DNA from: an uncultured Gammaproteobacteria bacterium | Lineage (GTDB): Bacteria; Pseudomonadota; Gammaproteobacteria; DRLM01 | Assembly: GCA_963729605.1 (NCBI GenBank) | Contig: CAVSNY010000006.1 | Span: 1 to 64,000, forward strand | Reading direction: 5' to 3' | DNA: 64,000 nucleotides | In this document: piece after piece, positions 1-10,565 of the stretch | Position numbering within the stretch: the stretch's first letter is position 1 | Layout: each line of letters starts with the position of its first letter | Made by a program: the position numbers and the translations under genes | Notes under the pieces: generated by a model | Seen by the model: the letters and a program-made list of their open reading frames with translations, nothing else | Database searches by the model: none | What the model was told of the DNA's origin: nothing

Positions 1-552
1 TTCGATTTGTACCCGCGTCACCCCCGGCGGCGCGCTGGGGGCGGGGGTTACCGTATCGTTCGCCGCCTGCTCAAGTTCGGCTGTGGCTTTTTGCACTTTC
101 TCGATGGCGCTTTCGGACGTACCTTTTTCGTTGCGCAGGGCTTGACGGATCTTCTGCGCCGCTTCCGGCAAGCTTTCTATGGTCGCGGCGGCCTCGTCGC
201 CGAGTGAATAGGCCAGAGAACTTAGCCCGCCCATGATCGCCATCAATAACACGGCGGCCCCGATCGCCCGCGGGATGCGCCATTTCTGCAATACATTGAC
301 GAGCGGGGAAAGTGCATAGCTGATTATCAAGCCGAGCATCAGCGGAATGAAAACCGCGCTGGCCCAATGCAGCATGAAAATAACCGCGATCAGCGTGAGC
401 ACCACGAGCGTGAGATTATACGGCTCTACCGGTATGCGGACAGCGGGGGGCTCAGGTATTGCCGCCCCCTGAGTAGCCTGGGATGCCCCGGCAGGATCAG
501 CGTCATCCTTCCTTTCAGGAAGCGCGGGGTCTGGAGCTGAAAGGGTGTTCAT
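1..552 (-). CDS. AI-2E family (PerM-like) transporter, 5' part, runs off window
   Basis: Not in ORF track. Own translation from ATG 552 is open to base 1: ...LVVLTLIAVIFMLHWASAVFIPLMLGLIISYALSPLVNVLQKWRIPRAIGAAVLL..., a typical AI-2E N-terminus. Confidence 0.8.
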   Translation of the reverse strand, partial: MNTLSAPDPALPERKDDADPAGASQATQGAAIPEPPAVRIPVEPYNLTLVVLTLIAVIFMLHWASAVFIPLMLGLIISYALSPLVNVLQKWRIPRAIGAAVLLMAIMGGLSSLAYSLGDEAAATIESLPEAAQKIRQALRNEKGTSESAIEKVQKATAELEQAANDTVTPAPSAPPGVTRVQIE

Positions 553-668
553 GGCGCCTGATCCTAAGCGGGGTAAACTGAGTTTCGAAAATATATCTCG
601 CCCAGATTTGCGTCAAGCTCGTCTTATCATGGCTCCATTCCAGTCAGGATAGATGGACGCCCGGCGCA

Positions 669-1298
669 TTACCTGTTCGGCTTGGCTTGTCGCAAACCAT
701 CCAAATAAATATCGACGAACAACGCGGCGTTTTTTTCCAGGGAAAAACCGGCGGGATCGAGCAGCCAGTTGTAGACCAGGCCGTCGATGAAACTAAACAA
801 ACCCATGGTGATGTCGTTGGGGTCGAGGTGGGAAGGCAATTGCCCGGCAGCCATCGCCGCGACGAATACCCGGCTTACGTCCTCGGCGCATTCGTTGCGG
901 GTTTGGAGATGGCGGAGTTTGATCGGCAGCATCTTATCGACGTATTCGCATTTATGGAAAAGAATGGTGAACACCGCGCGGGTATGATGGTCGTTGGCGG
1001 CTTGCTGGAGGACATGGATGGCGCGCAGACGAATCTGGCTGAGCGGATCATCGGGCGCGGTCAGCGGCGCGCGCATGCGCATCTCATTTAACGGCAGCAT
1101 GACGCGATCCAACAAGGCGTCGGTGAGATCGACTTTATTCTTGAAATGATGATAGAGCGCGCCACGGCTGACGCCGGCGGCGTCGGCCACTTCCTGAAGC
1201 GACGTATTGGTCACCCCCTTTTCGCTGAAAACCAGCTCGGCGGCATCCAGCAACTGAGCGCGGGTGACCAAGGCTTCTGCTTTAGTACGACGAACCAA
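669..1298 (-). CDS. TetR family repressor, AcrR/TtgR-like
   Basis: MVRRTKAEA..TR..LLDAA..VF..KG, HTH GVSRGALYHHFKNK; TTG start with GAGGTG RBS; downstream of RND operon. Confidence 0.92.
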   Translation of the reverse strand: MVRRTKAEALVTRAQLLDAAELVFSEKGVTNTSLQEVADAAGVSRGALYHHFKNKVDLTDALLDRVMLPLNEMRMRAPLTAPDDPLSQIRLRAIHVLQQAANDHHTRAVFTILFHKCEYVDKMLPIKLRHLQTRNECAEDVSRVFVAAMAAGQLPSHLDPNDITMGLFSFIDGLVYNWLLDPAGFSLEKNAALFVDIYLDGLRQAKPNR

Positions 1299-1451
1299 GA
1301 TACACCTCGATATTTAGGCGTCGCCCGCGCACCGCGGGTGACGTCAAATGTTTATAAATCACGTTTCGATAATTGGAACCCGGCATTGCAAGGCCCCTCG
1401 GATGTAACACGAGATCGGTGCCGCCCCGTTTGCGGAGTCTCGGTATCTTAT

Positions 1452-1589
1452 GGAACAGATTCCCCGCAGCACACGGCTGTGCCGTCATTTTTCAATGGCG
1501 TCAGCCCTTGAAAAATGGCGGCAAGCGAAAATCACCTGTTTCCCTTTCCCCCGTTCTGAAAATTCACAATGGAATTATTCAGCGCTTTC
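1452..1589. mobile_element. MITE-like dispersed repeat, copy A (inverted relative to 12958-13107)
   Basis: Reverse complement aligns over ~135 bp with 12958-13085; ends TTATTCAGCGCTTTC followed by TTAA; internal hairpin 1481-1522. Confidence 0.7.
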
Positions 1590-1671
1590 TTAAAATTATT
1601 AGAATTAAATCTTTCCGCCGAACGGGCGGACACGGTTAGGGTTTCCAGCCGCGCCGCGTGTAATCGGCGAC

Positions 1672-3111
1672 TCACCTTCGCACCAGCGGCGCCGCGGCGG
1701 GGGACCAGCCGCCGCCCAGCGCCTTCATCAAATCGACGCTGTAGGCCAACTGCGCCTGGCGGTTCTGCACCAGGGCCAATTCAGCGGCGTTCGCGCCGCG
1801 CTGCGCGTCCAGCACCTCGAGATAAGCGGAATAACCCGCCTTATAACGCAAGTCGGACAGGCGCAGCGCGTTCCGAGCCGCGTCGAGCTTGGCCTGCTGA
1901 TCGGCCACCGCGGCCTGGGTCTGTTGGAGATTGGTCAAGGCGTCGGCCACTTCCTGAAAGGCGGTCTCCACGCTCTTGCGATAGTCGGCCAGCGACTGGC
2001 GGTGGCGGGCCTCGGCCTGGCGGGTCCGCGCGGCATAACGGCCCGAATCGATGATCGGCATGGCCGCGTCGAGGCCGATCGACCAGATGCGGGCGCCCGA
2101 CTTCAACAAATCCCCGAACTCCGCGCTTTGAGCGCCGAAATCGCCGGTCAACGACAGGGTGGGAAATTGCTCGGCCTTGGTTCTACCGATCCGGGCGTTA
2201 GCCGCGATCAATTCCTGCTCCGCCAGTTGAATATCCGGACGGCGCTCGAGCAAGCTCGAGGGCAGACCCACCGGCGGGGTCGGCGGCAAGGACAGCGCGG
2301 CCAGATCTCCCGCCGCAATTTTTAAATCGAGATTACCGGTGAGCCTCCCCAATTGATGTTCGACCACCGCCCGCTGCCGCTGCAATTCGCGCAATTGCAG
2401 CGCCGCGTCGGCGCGCGCGCCCTGCGCCTGATTGAGTTCGAGTTCCGAGGCCAGCCCGCCCTCGGCGCGTTTCTGCATCACCGTCAGCGTATCGTCGCGC
2501 GAGGTCAGGGTTTGTTGAGTGACCGCGATCTGGGCGTCGAGCGCGCGCAGCGCGAAATAGGCCTGAGCCGTGGTGCCGGCCAAGGTCAGCGCGGTCACGT
2601 CGCGCGCGTAGCGGGTACCCCACACCTGGGCGCGCGCGGCCTCGGTGGCGCGTTTCAATTTGCCCCAGAAATCCAGTTCGAACGAGGCCGACAAGGCCAA
2701 GCGGTGCGAATTGGAAATGGGCGGCGTGCCCGCGGGCAACGTTTGGGCGTTTAAAGTGCTGCTGCGCGAACGGGCGCTGGAGGCGCCGAGTTGCACCTCG
2801 GGAAAGAGACTGGCGCCGGTTTCATCCAATAGCGCCTCGGCCTCTTCGATCTGCGCGAGCACACGCTCGATGTCGGTGTTGTTCCGCAGGGTCGCCGCCA
2901 CCAGCTCATTGAGGCGCGGATCGTTGTAAAGCGTCCACCAGTCGGCGGCCAGCGCGTCTTGGGCGGCCGCCTCGGCCTCGCTGGGAAAGGCGGCCGGCAA
3001 CTCGACGGCCGGCCGCTTGAAATCGGGACCGACGGCGCACGCGGCAAGCGTCGCCAGCATGGCAAAACCGGTCAGCCCCGCGCGAAACACGGACAGTACC
3101 TGCGAATTCAT
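1672..3111 (-). CDS. RND efflux outer membrane lipoprotein (OprM/NodT family)
   Basis: Likely start MNSQVL at 3111 (ATGA overlap with permease stop); lipobox LAAC-AVGP, WW..YNDP.LN.L, LL.RRPDI..AE, terminal ALGGGW. Confidence 0.93.
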   Translation of the reverse strand: MNSQVLSVFRAGLTGFAMLATLAACAVGPDFKRPAVELPAAFPSEAEAAAQDALAADWWTLYNDPRLNELVAATLRNNTDIERVLAQIEEAEALLDETGASLFPEVQLGASSARSRSSTLNAQTLPAGTPPISNSHRLALSASFELDFWGKLKRATEAARAQVWGTRYARDVTALTLAGTTAQAYFALRALDAQIAVTQQTLTSRDDTLTVMQKRAEGGLASELELNQAQGARADAALQLRELQRQRAVVEHQLGRLTGNLDLKIAAGDLAALSLPPTPPVGLPSSLLERRPDIQLAEQELIAANARIGRTKAEQFPTLSLTGDFGAQSAEFGDLLKSGARIWSIGLDAAMPIIDSGRYAARTRQAEARHRQSLADYRKSVETAFQEVADALTNLQQTQAAVADQQAKLDAARNALRLSDLRYKAGYSAYLEVLDAQRGANAAELALVQNRQAQLAYSVDLMKALGGGWSPAAAPLVRR

Positions 3112-6100
3112 GATTTGTCCTCCAACAGCGGGTCGCGATGTGGCGCGGCGGCATGTTGATGCGAGGGCCGCGGCTTGCGCGCCAGCAAGGTGAAAAACAA
3201 GGGCACGAAGATCGGCGCGATGAAAGTAGCGACGATCATGCCGCCAAACACGCCGGTACCCATCGATTGCCGCGCCGCCGCGCCGGCGCCGGTGGCGAGC
3301 ACCAGCGGCAGCACGCCGAACACGAAGGCCAGCGAGGTCATCACGATGGGCCGGAAACGCAGGCGCGCGGCCTCGATCGCCGCCTCGGCCGCGCTCTTGC
3401 CCTGCTCCATGCCTTGCATGGCGAATTCCGCGATCAGGATCGCGTTCTTGGCCGCCAGGCCGATCAGCACCACCAGCCCGATCTGGAAGTAGATGTCGTT
3501 TTCCAGACCGCGCAGAAAGGTGAAACCCAGCGCGCCCAGTAACGCGAATGGCACGGCGAGCACCACCGCCACCGGCACGCCCCAGCGTTCGTAGAGCGCC
3601 GACAAGATCAAATACACCATGATCAGCGCGAAACCGAAGGCGAATATCGAGGCGCTGCCGGTGCGTTTTTCCTGGAAGGCCTGGCCGGTCCACTCGATAT
3701 CGTAACCGGCGGGCAGCGATTGTTTGGCGGTCTGCTCGACGGCCTTGATCGCCTCGCCCGAACTGAAACCGGGCTTGGCGCCGCCGAGCACCTTGGCGGC
3801 GATGAAACCGTTATAACGCTCGATTTGTTCCGGACCGATGATCTCTTCGACCTGGATCAAGGCCTTCAGGGGGATCATGGTGCCGCTGGTCGCCGAACGC
3901 ACGTAGATATTGCCGAGGTCTTCGGGTTTGGCGCGGTACTGCGCATCGGCTTGAATGGTCACCCGGTAAGTGCGGCCCGACTTGTTGAAGTCGTTGACGT
4001 ACAGCGAACCCATCTGCGCCTGCAAAGCGGCGAAGACGTCGTTGACCGGAACGCCCAGCGCCAAGGATTTCTCGCGATCGACTTCGACCAGCAACTGGGG
4101 AACGGTCGGCCGATAGAGCGTGCGCAGTCCCTCCAAGGCCGGGTTTTGACCGAGGGCGGCGATGAAGTCGTTGGTCACTTGCGCCAGCCGTTGCGGATCG
4201 GGGTCGCTGCGCCCGCGCACGTAGACTTCGAAACCGCCGGTCGCGCCCAGGCCGCGGATGGCCGGCGGATTAAACGCGAAGGCGATGCCGTCTTCCAGCA
4301 TGAAACCCTTGCCGTTCACCTCCTCCACCAGCTGCTCGGCGGTCTGCTCGCGGTCATCCCAAGGATGGAGCGGCATGAAAATCGTCGCCGCGCTGCTCTT
4401 ATTCGCGCTGCTGATCAGATCGAAACCGTTGACGATGAAAATATTCTCTATCGCCTCGTTTTCGGTCATCATACCGCGCAGCTGTTCGGTGGTTTTCATG
4501 GTGCGCGCCAGGGTGGCGCCGTCGGGCAGCGCGACCCCGCTGATGATGTAGCCCTGGTCTTCCGGAGGCACGAAGCTGCCGGGGATCCGCCAGAACAAAA
4601 AGGCGACCAGGGCGAGAAAGACCGCGAATATCCCCAGCGCGGTGACGCGCCAGCTCAAGGCCAGTTTGACCGCCTGCAAAAAGCGTTCGGTCACCCACCC
4701 GAAGCCGCGATTGAAGGGATTGAATATGAACCTGCTCATGACGCCGCCGCTGCTGCGGTCGCGCGGCTTGAGAAACAAGGCGCACAAGGTCGGGGTCAGG
4801 GTCAACGCGACGAAGCCGGATAACACCACCGCGACCGCGACGGTCACCGCGAATTGTCGATAAAGCTGACCGGCGATGCCGCCGAGGAACGCCACCGGGA
4901 TGAACACCGCCACCAGCGCCAGCACGATGCCGATGACGGCGTTCTGCACCTCGCGCATCGCCTCCAGCGCCGCGTCGAACGGCTTCATCAAATGTTCGCG
5001 CATCAGACGTTCGACGTTTTCCAGTACGACGATGGCGTCGTCGACCACGATGCCCACCGCCAGCACCATCGCGAACAAGGTCAGGGTATTGATCGAGAAA
5101 CCGAACAGCCACAAACCGGCGAAGGTGCCGATCAGAGACACCGGTACCGCGATCATGGGAATCAAGGTCGCCCGCCAGGTCTGGAGGAAGAGGAAGACCA
5201 CCAGCAATACCAGGATCGCCGCCTCGATCAGCGTATGAATCACCGCCTCGATGGAGGCCGACACGAAGCGGGTGGTGTCGTAGGGAATGAGGTAATCCAC
5301 ATCCTCGGGGAAGCGGTCTTTTTTCAATTGCTCCATTGTCACCCGAACCGCCTCGGACATCTCGAGGGCGTTGGCGCCCGATTGCAAAAAGACCGCGATG
5401 GCGATGGCCGGCTGGCCGTTGACGGTGTTGGCTTGATCGTAACTTTGCGCGCCCAGTTCGATACGCGCCACGTCCTTGAGCCGCAACACGCCCTCCGGTC
5501 CGCCCGAACGCAGAATGATCTCGCCGAACTCCTCGGCCTCCAGCATCCGGCCGCGGGCGGTGACGGTGTAAACCAATTGTTGGCCGGCCGGCGCCGGATC
5601 GGCGCCGATTTTACCGGCGGCGTATTGGGCGTTCTGGGCGTTGATGGCGGCGGTGATATCGCCGGTGGTGAGACCGAGCCGGGCCATGCGGTCGGGCTGC
5701 AACCAGATGCGCATCGAATAGTCGCGCGCGCCGAAGACGATGACGTCCGCCGCGCCGGGAATCCGCTTCAGTTCATCGACGATATTCTGGGTCGCGTAAT
5801 TCGACAGGTAGAGCATGTCGTAGGTGCTCTTGGGCGAATTGAGCGCCACCACCAGCAGAAAGTTTTGCGAGCGCTTGGCGACCGTGACGCCGTTGCGCCT
5901 GACCTCGTCGGGCAGGCGCGGCGTGGCGAGCTGCACCCGGTTGTTGACGTTGAAGGTGGCCTTGTCGATATCGGTGCCGACCTCAAACGTCGCGGTAATG
6001 GTGATTTGGCCGTTGGAGGCCGAGGTCGAATTGAAATACAGAAGATTCTCGACGCCGGAGAGCTGTTCCTCGATCGGCGCGGCGACGGTCTTCGCCAAGG

Positions 6101-6266
6101 TCTCGGCGGAGGCGCCGGGATAACTCGCGGTGATCGTGACCGTCGGCGGTGAAATCTCGGGGTACTGGGCGATCGGCAGGATCGAGGCGGAAACCAGGCC
6201 GGCCAGAACCAGGATGATCGCCAGCACGCTCGCGAAGATGGGCCGTTCGATAAAAAATTTAGACAT
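3108..6266 (-). CDS. RND efflux permease (AcrB/MexB, HAE1 family)
   Basis: MSKFFIERPIFA, GIVVDDAIVV, AKNAILI, RFRPIVMTS; 1052 aa. Confidence 0.97.
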   Translation of the reverse strand: MSKFFIERPIFASVLAIILVLAGLVSASILPIAQYPEISPPTVTITASYPGASAETLAKTVAAPIEEQLSGVENLLYFNSTSASNGQITITATFEVGTDIDKATFNVNNRVQLATPRLPDEVRRNGVTVAKRSQNFLLVVALNSPKSTYDMLYLSNYATQNIVDELKRIPGAADVIVFGARDYSMRIWLQPDRMARLGLTTGDITAAINAQNAQYAAGKIGADPAPAGQQLVYTVTARGRMLEAEEFGEIILRSGGPEGVLRLKDVARIELGAQSYDQANTVNGQPAIAIAVFLQSGANALEMSEAVRVTMEQLKKDRFPEDVDYLIPYDTTRFVSASIEAVIHTLIEAAILVLLVVFLFLQTWRATLIPMIAVPVSLIGTFAGLWLFGFSINTLTLFAMVLAVGIVVDDAIVVLENVERLMREHLMKPFDAALEAMREVQNAVIGIVLALVAVFIPVAFLGGIAGQLYRQFAVTVAVAVVLSGFVALTLTPTLCALFLKPRDRSSGGVMSRFIFNPFNRGFGWVTERFLQAVKLALSWRVTALGIFAVFLALVAFLFWRIPGSFVPPEDQGYIISGVALPDGATLARTMKTTEQLRGMMTENEAIENIFIVNGFDLISSANKSSAATIFMPLHPWDDREQTAEQLVEEVNGKGFMLEDGIAFAFNPPAIRGLGATGGFEVYVRGRSDPDPQRLAQVTNDFIAALGQNPALEGLRTLYRPTVPQLLVEVDREKSLALGVPVNDVFAALQAQMGSLYVNDFNKSGRTYRVTIQADAQYRAKPEDLGNIYVRSATSGTMIPLKALIQVEEIIGPEQIERYNGFIAAKVLGGAKPGFSSGEAIKAVEQTAKQSLPAGYDIEWTGQAFQEKRTGSASIFAFGFALIMVYLILSALYERWGVPVAVVLAVPFALLGALGFTFLRGLENDIYFQIGLVVLIGLAAKNAILIAEFAMQGMEQGKSAAEAAIEAARLRFRPIVMTSLAFVFGVLPLVLATGAGAAARQSMGTGVFGGMIVATFIAPIFVPLFFTLLARKPRPSHQHAAAPHRDPLLEDKS

Positions 6267-6324
6267 GGAATTCTTTCCGCTCGGTTGCCGTGCCGTTGAA
6301 ATGCGAAGGACCGCTCATGACTGA

Positions 6325-7515
6325 TTACTTGGCGGCGGCTTGGCCGGGATCGTCGTTCCCGGCGGCGCCCGGCGCCATGGGCGCCACCGGCGCACCCGGC
6401 CGCAGCTTCATCAGATTATTGGTGATGACTTTGTCGCCGGGCGCCAGCCCCTGGGTGACGATCCAATCATGTCCCAGCCAGCCGGCGGTTTCGACGGGCT
6501 TAGGCTCGACGGTGTTGTCGGCGGACACCGTGAACAGCACTTTGCCCTGTTCGGTCTGCGACACCGCGGCTTGCGGCACTAGATAGGCCTCGCGGTCGCC
6601 GACCACGGCCTGGACGCGAACGAATTGGCCGGGCAATAAACGCAGGTTCGGATTGGCGAACTCGGCGCGCATCGCCACCGTGCCGATCTGGGAATCGATG
6701 GTCGAAGCGGTAAAATTCAGTTTGCCCACCCCGTCATAGGGCGAGCCATCGGGCAGGATCAATTTGACCTGGGTCTTGCCGGCCGCCTGGCGCAGTTTTC
6801 CCAGCTCGCTTTCGGAAAACGAGAACCTGACCCAGATCGGATCGACGGCCTGCATGGTGGTCAGCAGGCTCGCATCGCCGCTGGTGGCGATCAGATTGCC
6901 CTCCGAATATTGCGCGCGGCCGGTCACGCCCGAGATCGGCGCGGTCACTTTGGTGTAGGACAAATTCAATTCCGCGTTGCGCACCGCCGCTTCACTGGCG
7001 GTGACGGCCGCTTCGGCGCTTTTGAAGGTGGACGTGGCGTCGTCGAGTTCTTTTTGACTGACCGCCTTTTCCGTGACCAAGGGTTGCAGACGGCCGGCCT
7101 CGCGCTTGGCCTGTTCTAAATTGGCCTGGGCCTGTATCAAACCGGCGCGGGCTTGTTCGAGCGCTATCTCGAAGGGCGTGCGTTCGATGGTGAATAACAG
7201 GGCGCCCTCCTTCACCGTGGCGCCTTCCTGATAGTGGCGCTTCTCCAGAATGCCGGAGACCCGCGCATGGACCTGGACGTCTTTCGACCCTTCGACTTGG
7301 CCGACCGCCTCGATCAAGGTGGGCACCTTCTGAAGCTGGACCTCGACGACCGAGACCGGCAGAGGCGGCGGATTGGGCGGACCGCCCGCGGCCTCATCCT
7401 GCTTGCCGCAGGCGGCCAGACCGGCGATCAACGCCAGCGCGCCCAGGGTATGGAGGAAGGAGCGGGGACCGTGACTAAAACCGCCCCGATATTTCATTAA
7501 ATAAATTAAGGCCAT
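6325..7515 (-). CDS. RND periplasmic adaptor (AcrA/MexA-type lipoprotein); start may be 7497
   Basis: Lipobox LAAC, ARVSGIL, APISG, LLPGQFVR; first gene of operon. Confidence 0.93.
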   Translation of the reverse strand: MALIYLMKYRGGFSHGPRSFLHTLGALALIAGLAACGKQDEAAGGPPNPPPLPVSVVEVQLQKVPTLIEAVGQVEGSKDVQVHARVSGILEKRHYQEGATVKEGALLFTIERTPFEIALEQARAGLIQAQANLEQAKREAGRLQPLVTEKAVSQKELDDATSTFKSAEAAVTASEAAVRNAELNLSYTKVTAPISGVTGRAQYSEGNLIATSGDASLLTTMQAVDPIWVRFSFSESELGKLRQAAGKTQVKLILPDGSPYDGVGKLNFTASTIDSQIGTVAMRAEFANPNLRLLPGQFVRVQAVVGDREAYLVPQAAVSQTEQGKVLFTVSADNTVEPKPVETAGWLGHDWIVTQGLAPGDKVITNNLMKLRPGAPVAPMAPGAAGNDDPGQAAAK

Positions 7516-7561
7516 AAAAAGGGGTCCGATCGATGTAGGGATTGGGTAGGGAATTGGGGCA

Positions 7562-7589
7562 ATTATATACAGTCATGACTGTATGTAAA
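7562..7589 (-). promoter_or_regulatory. sigma70 promoter overlapped by a TetR/AcrR-type operator
   Basis: Minus strand TTTACA-N16-TATAAT; perfect 18-bp palindrome ATACAGTCATGACTGTAT (7567-7584) spans the spacer; TACATACA half-site as in the E. coli AcrR operator. Confidence 0.8.
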
Positions 7590-7813
7590 GCTCGAAGCAA
7601 GGTGTAATCGAAATTCATCATCCCGTCAACCATAGAACACTGTTGGGACGTGTAAAACGCGTGGGGCGCAAAGAGGCGAGATTTCCAAATTTCATCCTCT
7701 AATGAGGACAAACCTAGACGACGGCCCGCCGAATGAATGTGAACATAAAATTTAGCGGGACTCGCGCGCCACGCGGATCAACGCCGATGCGCGGCGGCGG
7801 GACAGCGGGCCGA

Positions 7814-10390
7814 TCAATAGCCGGCCGCGGACTCTCGCGGCGGCGGCGCGACGACCGTGGCCGTCGGGGCACCCGGTTCCTGGGCACGAAAGACTTCCCG
7901 CAAGGTACTGCGCAGTTCATCGTCCCGCCAGGGCTTGGACAGGAACTTGGAGATGAAACCGGTGTTGACCGCCTCGGTAACCGTTTTTAAATCCAGGTAC
8001 CCGCTCAGGATCAAGCGGGCGGTGTTCGGATGCAGTTGTTTGGCGCGGCGCAGAAATTCGGTACCGCTCATCGCCGGCATGCGCAGATCGCACAGCAGCA
8101 CGCCGATACGGCGGGTGGCCAGAATGGCGAAGGCCTCGTCGGGATCGGTGGTGGCGATGACCTCATAGTCTTCACCGCGCAACACCCGCTTCAACGCGGA
8201 GAGTATGCCGGGCTCATCGTCCAGGATGAGCAGACTGGGGCGCGCATCGCTGCCGAGCGACCGGACGGCGGAGACCGGAAAGCCGGTTCGCAACATATTC
8301 AGCAGGACATCCAATCTGACCGGCGGGCTGAAAAAATAACCCTGGATCACGCCGCAACCTTCCTTCAACAACATGCCCAACTGGCCTTCGGTCTCCACCC
8401 CTTCGGCGACCACGTCGAGCCGCAGGCTGGCGGCGAGCGCGATCACCGTGCGGGCGATGCAATGCGCCTCGGGGTTCTGCACCATGTCGCGCACGAAGGA
8501 GCGGTCGATCTTCAAGGTGTCCAAGGGAAAATACCGCAGATAACTCAGCGAAGAATAACCGGTCCCGAAATCATCGATGGCGAGGCGCAGGCCGAGCCGT
8601 TTCAAGGCGTGAAGTATTTCAAGGGTGACTTGCGCGTTTTCCGCCAAGCTGGATTCGGTAATCTCGAACTCGATATGCTCGGGAGGCACGCCCGAGGTCT
8701 TGAGAATCGCCGTCACCTCCTCGATGAATTGCGGGGCGGCGAGTTGTTTGACCGAGAGATTGACGGCCAAGGTGATCGGCCGTCCGGCTTGGTCGGCCAA
8801 GCGCCGGTATTGATTGCATGCCTCGCGAATCACCCAGAGTCCCACCGGAATGATCAGACCGGTTTCCTCCAAGATGGAAATAAACGAATTGGGCGCCACC
8901 ACCCCGACCTGCGGCCGCTGCCAGCGCAACAGTGCTTCGGCGCCGACGATCTTGCCGGTGGCCGCCTGCACCTTGGGTTGATATTCCAGAAAGAACTCGC
9001 CCTCTTCGAGGGCCTGACGCAAGGCGCGCTCCATATCACGGCGGCCTTGGGCGAGATGATCCAGCTCCGAACTGTACATCACCAGGCTCTCCGGCAATTT
9101 TTGGCATTGGCTATGCACCGCCAATTCGGCATTTCTGAGCAGCGTCACCGCATCGCTGCCGTGCGCAGGATACAGCGCGGCGCCGACCCGCACCTGCATG
9201 AAGATATTTTCAGCCTGATCAATCGAGATCGGCTGGGCCAGGGCCGCGCGCAAACGCGCCGCCACCGCCTCGACGTTGACCGCGCCGGCCGTGTCGCTGA
9301 TCAGCAAGCCGAATTCATGCCCGCTCATGCGCGCCGCGGTGCTCACCCCCAGCGCGGAGAGACTGTCGTTCTCGCGGATCATCTGGCTCAAACGCGCCGC
9401 GCATTCCTGTAAGACGCGATCACCGACGTGCCGGCCAAAGCTATCGCTGATTTCACCGAGTCCCCGCACCTCGAACACCAGCACCGCGAATTGAAAATGA
9501 TTGCGGTGCGCCGTGGCGACGGCCTGACGCAGACGATCTTCGAAGAGGCGGCGATTGGGCAAGCTGGTCAGCGGATCGTAATAGGCCAGATAGTCGATCT
9601 GGCGGGTGGCCTCGATGTATTCCAGACCCAGCGATACGTCGGCCGCCACCTCTTCCAGCAACCGCATGCCGTCCTCACTGAAAAAGTTGCGTTCGTCCGC
9701 ATACAAGGCCAGCACACCCACGATCCGGCCCTGCACCCGCAAGGGAAACGCAGCGGCCGAGTGAATATTCAACGCCGCGAAATCCGCGTTCCACATCGCC
9801 ATACGCGCATCGGTCGCGATGTCGTCGGCCAGTTGGTGCTTACCTTCGCGAAATACCCGGCCGACCAGACCCCGCCCTTCCGGCTGATCGTCCCGCCGGG
9901 TGAGATTGACCCGTTCGATGAAGTTTAGCCCCACGCCGGCGTGGGCGGCGCAATTCACGCCGTCGGTAGCGACGTCGAGCAAACCCACCCAGGCCATCCG
10001 GAACTCGCCGATGTCCACCGCGATGCGGCAGGCCTCATGGAGCAGTTCGGCGGGATCGCGAATCCGCAGGATCGCCCCGTTGTTGGCGCTCAACATACTG
10101 TGGATGCTATTCAGCCGCGTCAGGTGCGCGTCACGCTCGCCGAGCGCCTGGTTGGTTTCACCCAAAGCACACATATAACGCTTGACCAGCCAATAGAGCC
10201 AGCCGGCGGTAATGGTGACGAAGAACCAGCCCTTCACCATTTGTATCAAGATCAACAGTTCGACGTCGTCGACCAGTGATTTGAGCAATTGATCGGATCC
10301 CGCGATCCACAGCACGCTCAACACGAAATACCCGAAAACGATCTTCAGCGCGATGGTGGAACCGTCATTGGATGAGTTGCTGCTCGACAC
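7814..10390 (-). CDS. Membrane-anchored GAF-GGDEF(degenerate)-EAL-REC protein, probable c-di-GMP phosphodiesterase
   Basis: 2 N-terminal TM helices, GAF, YDPLTSLPNR with SGHEF in place of GGDEF, EAL and DDFGTGYSSL intact, C-terminal receiver (LDDE..DLRMP..KPW). Confidence 0.9.
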   Translation of the reverse strand: MSSSNSSNDGSTIALKIVFGYFVLSVLWIAGSDQLLKSLVDDVELLILIQMVKGWFFVTITAGWLYWLVKRYMCALGETNQALGERDAHLTRLNSIHSMLSANNGAILRIRDPAELLHEACRIAVDIGEFRMAWVGLLDVATDGVNCAAHAGVGLNFIERVNLTRRDDQPEGRGLVGRVFREGKHQLADDIATDARMAMWNADFAALNIHSAAAFPLRVQGRIVGVLALYADERNFFSEDGMRLLEEVAADVSLGLEYIEATRQIDYLAYYDPLTSLPNRRLFEDRLRQAVATAHRNHFQFAVLVFEVRGLGEISDSFGRHVGDRVLQECAARLSQMIRENDSLSALGVSTAARMSGHEFGLLISDTAGAVNVEAVAARLRAALAQPISIDQAENIFMQVRVGAALYPAHGSDAVTLLRNAELAVHSQCQKLPESLVMYSSELDHLAQGRRDMERALRQALEEGEFFLEYQPKVQAATGKIVGAEALLRWQRPQVGVVAPNSFISILEETGLIIPVGLWVIREACNQYRRLADQAGRPITLAVNLSVKQLAAPQFIEEVTAILKTSGVPPEHIEFEITESSLAENAQVTLEILHALKRLGLRLAIDDFGTGYSSLSYLRYFPLDTLKIDRSFVRDMVQNPEAHCIARTVIALAASLRLDVVAEGVETEGQLGMLLKEGCGVIQGYFFSPPVRLDVLLNMLRTGFPVSAVRSLGSDARPSLLILDDEPGILSALKRVLRGEDYEVIATTDPDEAFAILATRRIGVLLCDLRMPAMSGTEFLRRAKQLHPNTARLILSGYLDLKTVTEAVNTGFISKFLSKPWRDDELRSTLREVFRAQEPGAPTATVVAPPPRESAAGY

Positions 10391-10454
10391 GAATCATTCC
10401 CTAGTAAAAAACCAAGTTTCCTAAGGCTTAAAAACCCTTCTATCACATGGGCGT

Positions 10455-10481
10455 GTAGCGGCGGTTGGAATTAAATCTTGA
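10455..10481 (-). promoter_or_regulatory. Putative sigma28 (FliA) promoter
   Basis: Minus strand TCAAG-N14-GCCGCTAC, ~65 bp upstream of the EAL gene. Confidence 0.45.
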
Positions 10482-10565
10482 AGAGACCGCCGGGATTTGT
10501 GAAAACGATTGATATTTCACGGACCTGCATCGCGCCAAGCCGCGCCGGATCCCATGCCGGCCCGC

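Noticed and set aside
3112-3693. N-terminal extension of the outer membrane factor (673-aa ORF)
   Set aside because: Overlaps the permease out of frame; the lipoprotein signal begins at 3111
3720-9412. Long plus-strand ORFs opposite RND and EAL genes (and similar shadows elsewhere)
   Set aside because: Antisense shadows typical of high-GC coding DNA; no recognisable motifs
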